A stretch of 64,000 bases of DNA, from positions 10,157,918 through 10,221,917 of the forward strand of contig CM082595.2 of the NCBI GenBank assembly GCA_040954595.2, written 5' to 3'. This stretch comes from Balanoglossus misakiensis. Taxonomy: Eukaryota; Animalia; Hemichordata. Position numbers and translations under genes: made by a program. Below, piece by piece: positions 62,629 to 64,000 of this stretch. The number at the start of each line of letters is the position of its first letter. Position 1 is the stretch's first letter. The notes under the pieces are model-generated. The model was given only the letters and a program-made list of their open reading frames with translations, did no database searches and was not told the DNA's origin.

Positions 62629-64000
62629 GAGTTTTGGTCTACAGACAGAATTTTCTAGTCACTACGCAGTTGGGATAATCGCCAGCATTGCCTATGGCAA
62701 TGCTAGTGAGCTGTGGTACTATGGTGTGGAGGCATCGCCGGTATCGGTAAAGGCCTAGTTACACCATAAGGAGCTGTTAACATTAAGCACTAAAGTCCCT
62801 CTTTCTTGAGGAACTTTGCATTAACGCTGTTCTGATATACTTTTTTCTACAATTAACATTACTTGCTGAGCAATCTCTGTACTTGTTTATGTTTCTGTGT
62901 TACCCCACACCATAGACGTAAACAGAGATACATAGACAGTAGGGCTGCATTCACAAACACCTCTGCAGGGGGGGGGGAGAATTGAGGGGGGGATTTGAAA
63001 AAAAATTGAGGGTATGTAAGGGGGGAATTTGAAATAATTTAGGGACTGAAAGGGGCGACTTGAAAACTTTGACGACTAAATATTTATTTTGAGTCCACAA
63101 AAATACAGTTTTGCGCCCTTTATTTTACAAAATTTTCTAATACCCACCCCCTCCATTCATCAACACCTTTCAATCATTGACTGGTTTAGCTAGTGTCCCT
63201 GGTCAGGGGTCTTGCCCCCACCCAATGATAACTTTGAGCGGCGACAGTTAAATTTGTCCTCCCCAACATACCGGTAGTTGAGTTAATTTGCTTTTGCCAG
63301 GTTCATTAAAATGCAGCTTTGAGCTCTGTATTTTATAAAATCCCCTTCAATTCTCGGTTTTTCAATGTCTCCCAGCACAGAATACAAATACTTAAAAAAT
63401 AAAAACAAGTTTTTCTTTTTTACAAGATAGATAGGTGATGTGTTTGGACACAATGGGGGAATTTCAAATTTTTGGCAGTTCGGAAGGGGGGATTTGAAAA
63501 TATTTCTCGTTGTGTACGGTGGGCATGTGAAATTTAGCGGTAAAAAAATTGAATTCTCTTGCCCCTGCCCCCCCTCCAGAGGTAAATCTAGAATGCAAGC
63601 TATCAAATTTCCAATAAATATGGTTATGTAGAGAGAGACTTTGTCCTTTTAATTCAAATTTATTTACACAAAACTTGAGTTTACAAGGAAATATTAAGGA
63701 ATACTTTATTTGTCGTTTCCCAGGGTCTGGCCCTACAGCTATTTCTTAGTTCGGGAAATAACAAATTAACACAATTTTCGTATTTTCAGATGTCAAAATT
63801 TATTCAATCTAGGTGAACTGGCAACGCGGGGCAACAGCTAGCTCTGCGTACAGGTCTGTGTGTTCCCGGCGTTACACGGCCTCCACGCCAAGAACACTGT
63901 ACGCAGAGCTAGGCTATACCATAGCAAGGCTGGCGATTACACCAACTGGTAGTGGTTTTGAGTGGTTTGACTAGAAAATTCTGTCTGTAGACCAAAACTC
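62629..64000. mobile_element. Long-TIR element running off the window end and hosting family B copy 2
   Basis: GAGTTTTGGTCTACAGACAGAATTTTCTAGTCA (62629-62661) is the exact reverse complement of the last 33 bases of the window; weaker complementarity continues ~100 bp inward. The left TIR probably begins ~62550-62570. Confidence 0.8.
62943..63600. mobile_element. PIF/Harbinger-like MITE, family B copy 2 (right TIR degenerate)
   Basis: Starts GGCTGCATTCACAAACACCTCTG; collinear with 39026-39738 apart from internal indels; ends CCCCCTCCAGAGG...GAATGCAAGC. Confidence 0.9.

Overview
Eukaryotic, AT-rich, repeat-dominated window, most consistent with an invertebrate metazoan genome (inference from TE families and microsatellites). 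I found no intact protein-coding gene, rRNA, tRNA or CRISPR array. Positions 1-30833 are a ~2.04-kb-unit macrosatellite (12 full copies plus partials) built hierarchically from an 81-bp GC-rich sub-repeat block and a ~330-bp AT-rich sub-repeat block. It is interrupted at 420-5020 by a 4.6-kb composite insertion (a DNA-transposon-like end with ~378-bp repeats fused to a decayed L1/Tx1-type LINE) flanked by a 44-bp duplication. The rest is a patchwork of L2/CR1-type LINE fragments, palindromic non-autonomous elements, PIF/Harbinger-like MITEs with TAA target duplications, several 90-290-bp tandem arrays and microsatellites. The most notable signal is a Harbinger-like MITE family whose two copies share ends but carry different cargo. 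One copy (38401-40032) holds a captured protein-coding fragment (SAP-like helix, acidic tract, TRSGR motif) whose frame is restored when a nested MITE is removed. The other (60239-60865) holds the interior of that nested MITE family. All family assignments come from motif recognition by eye; no database search was run.
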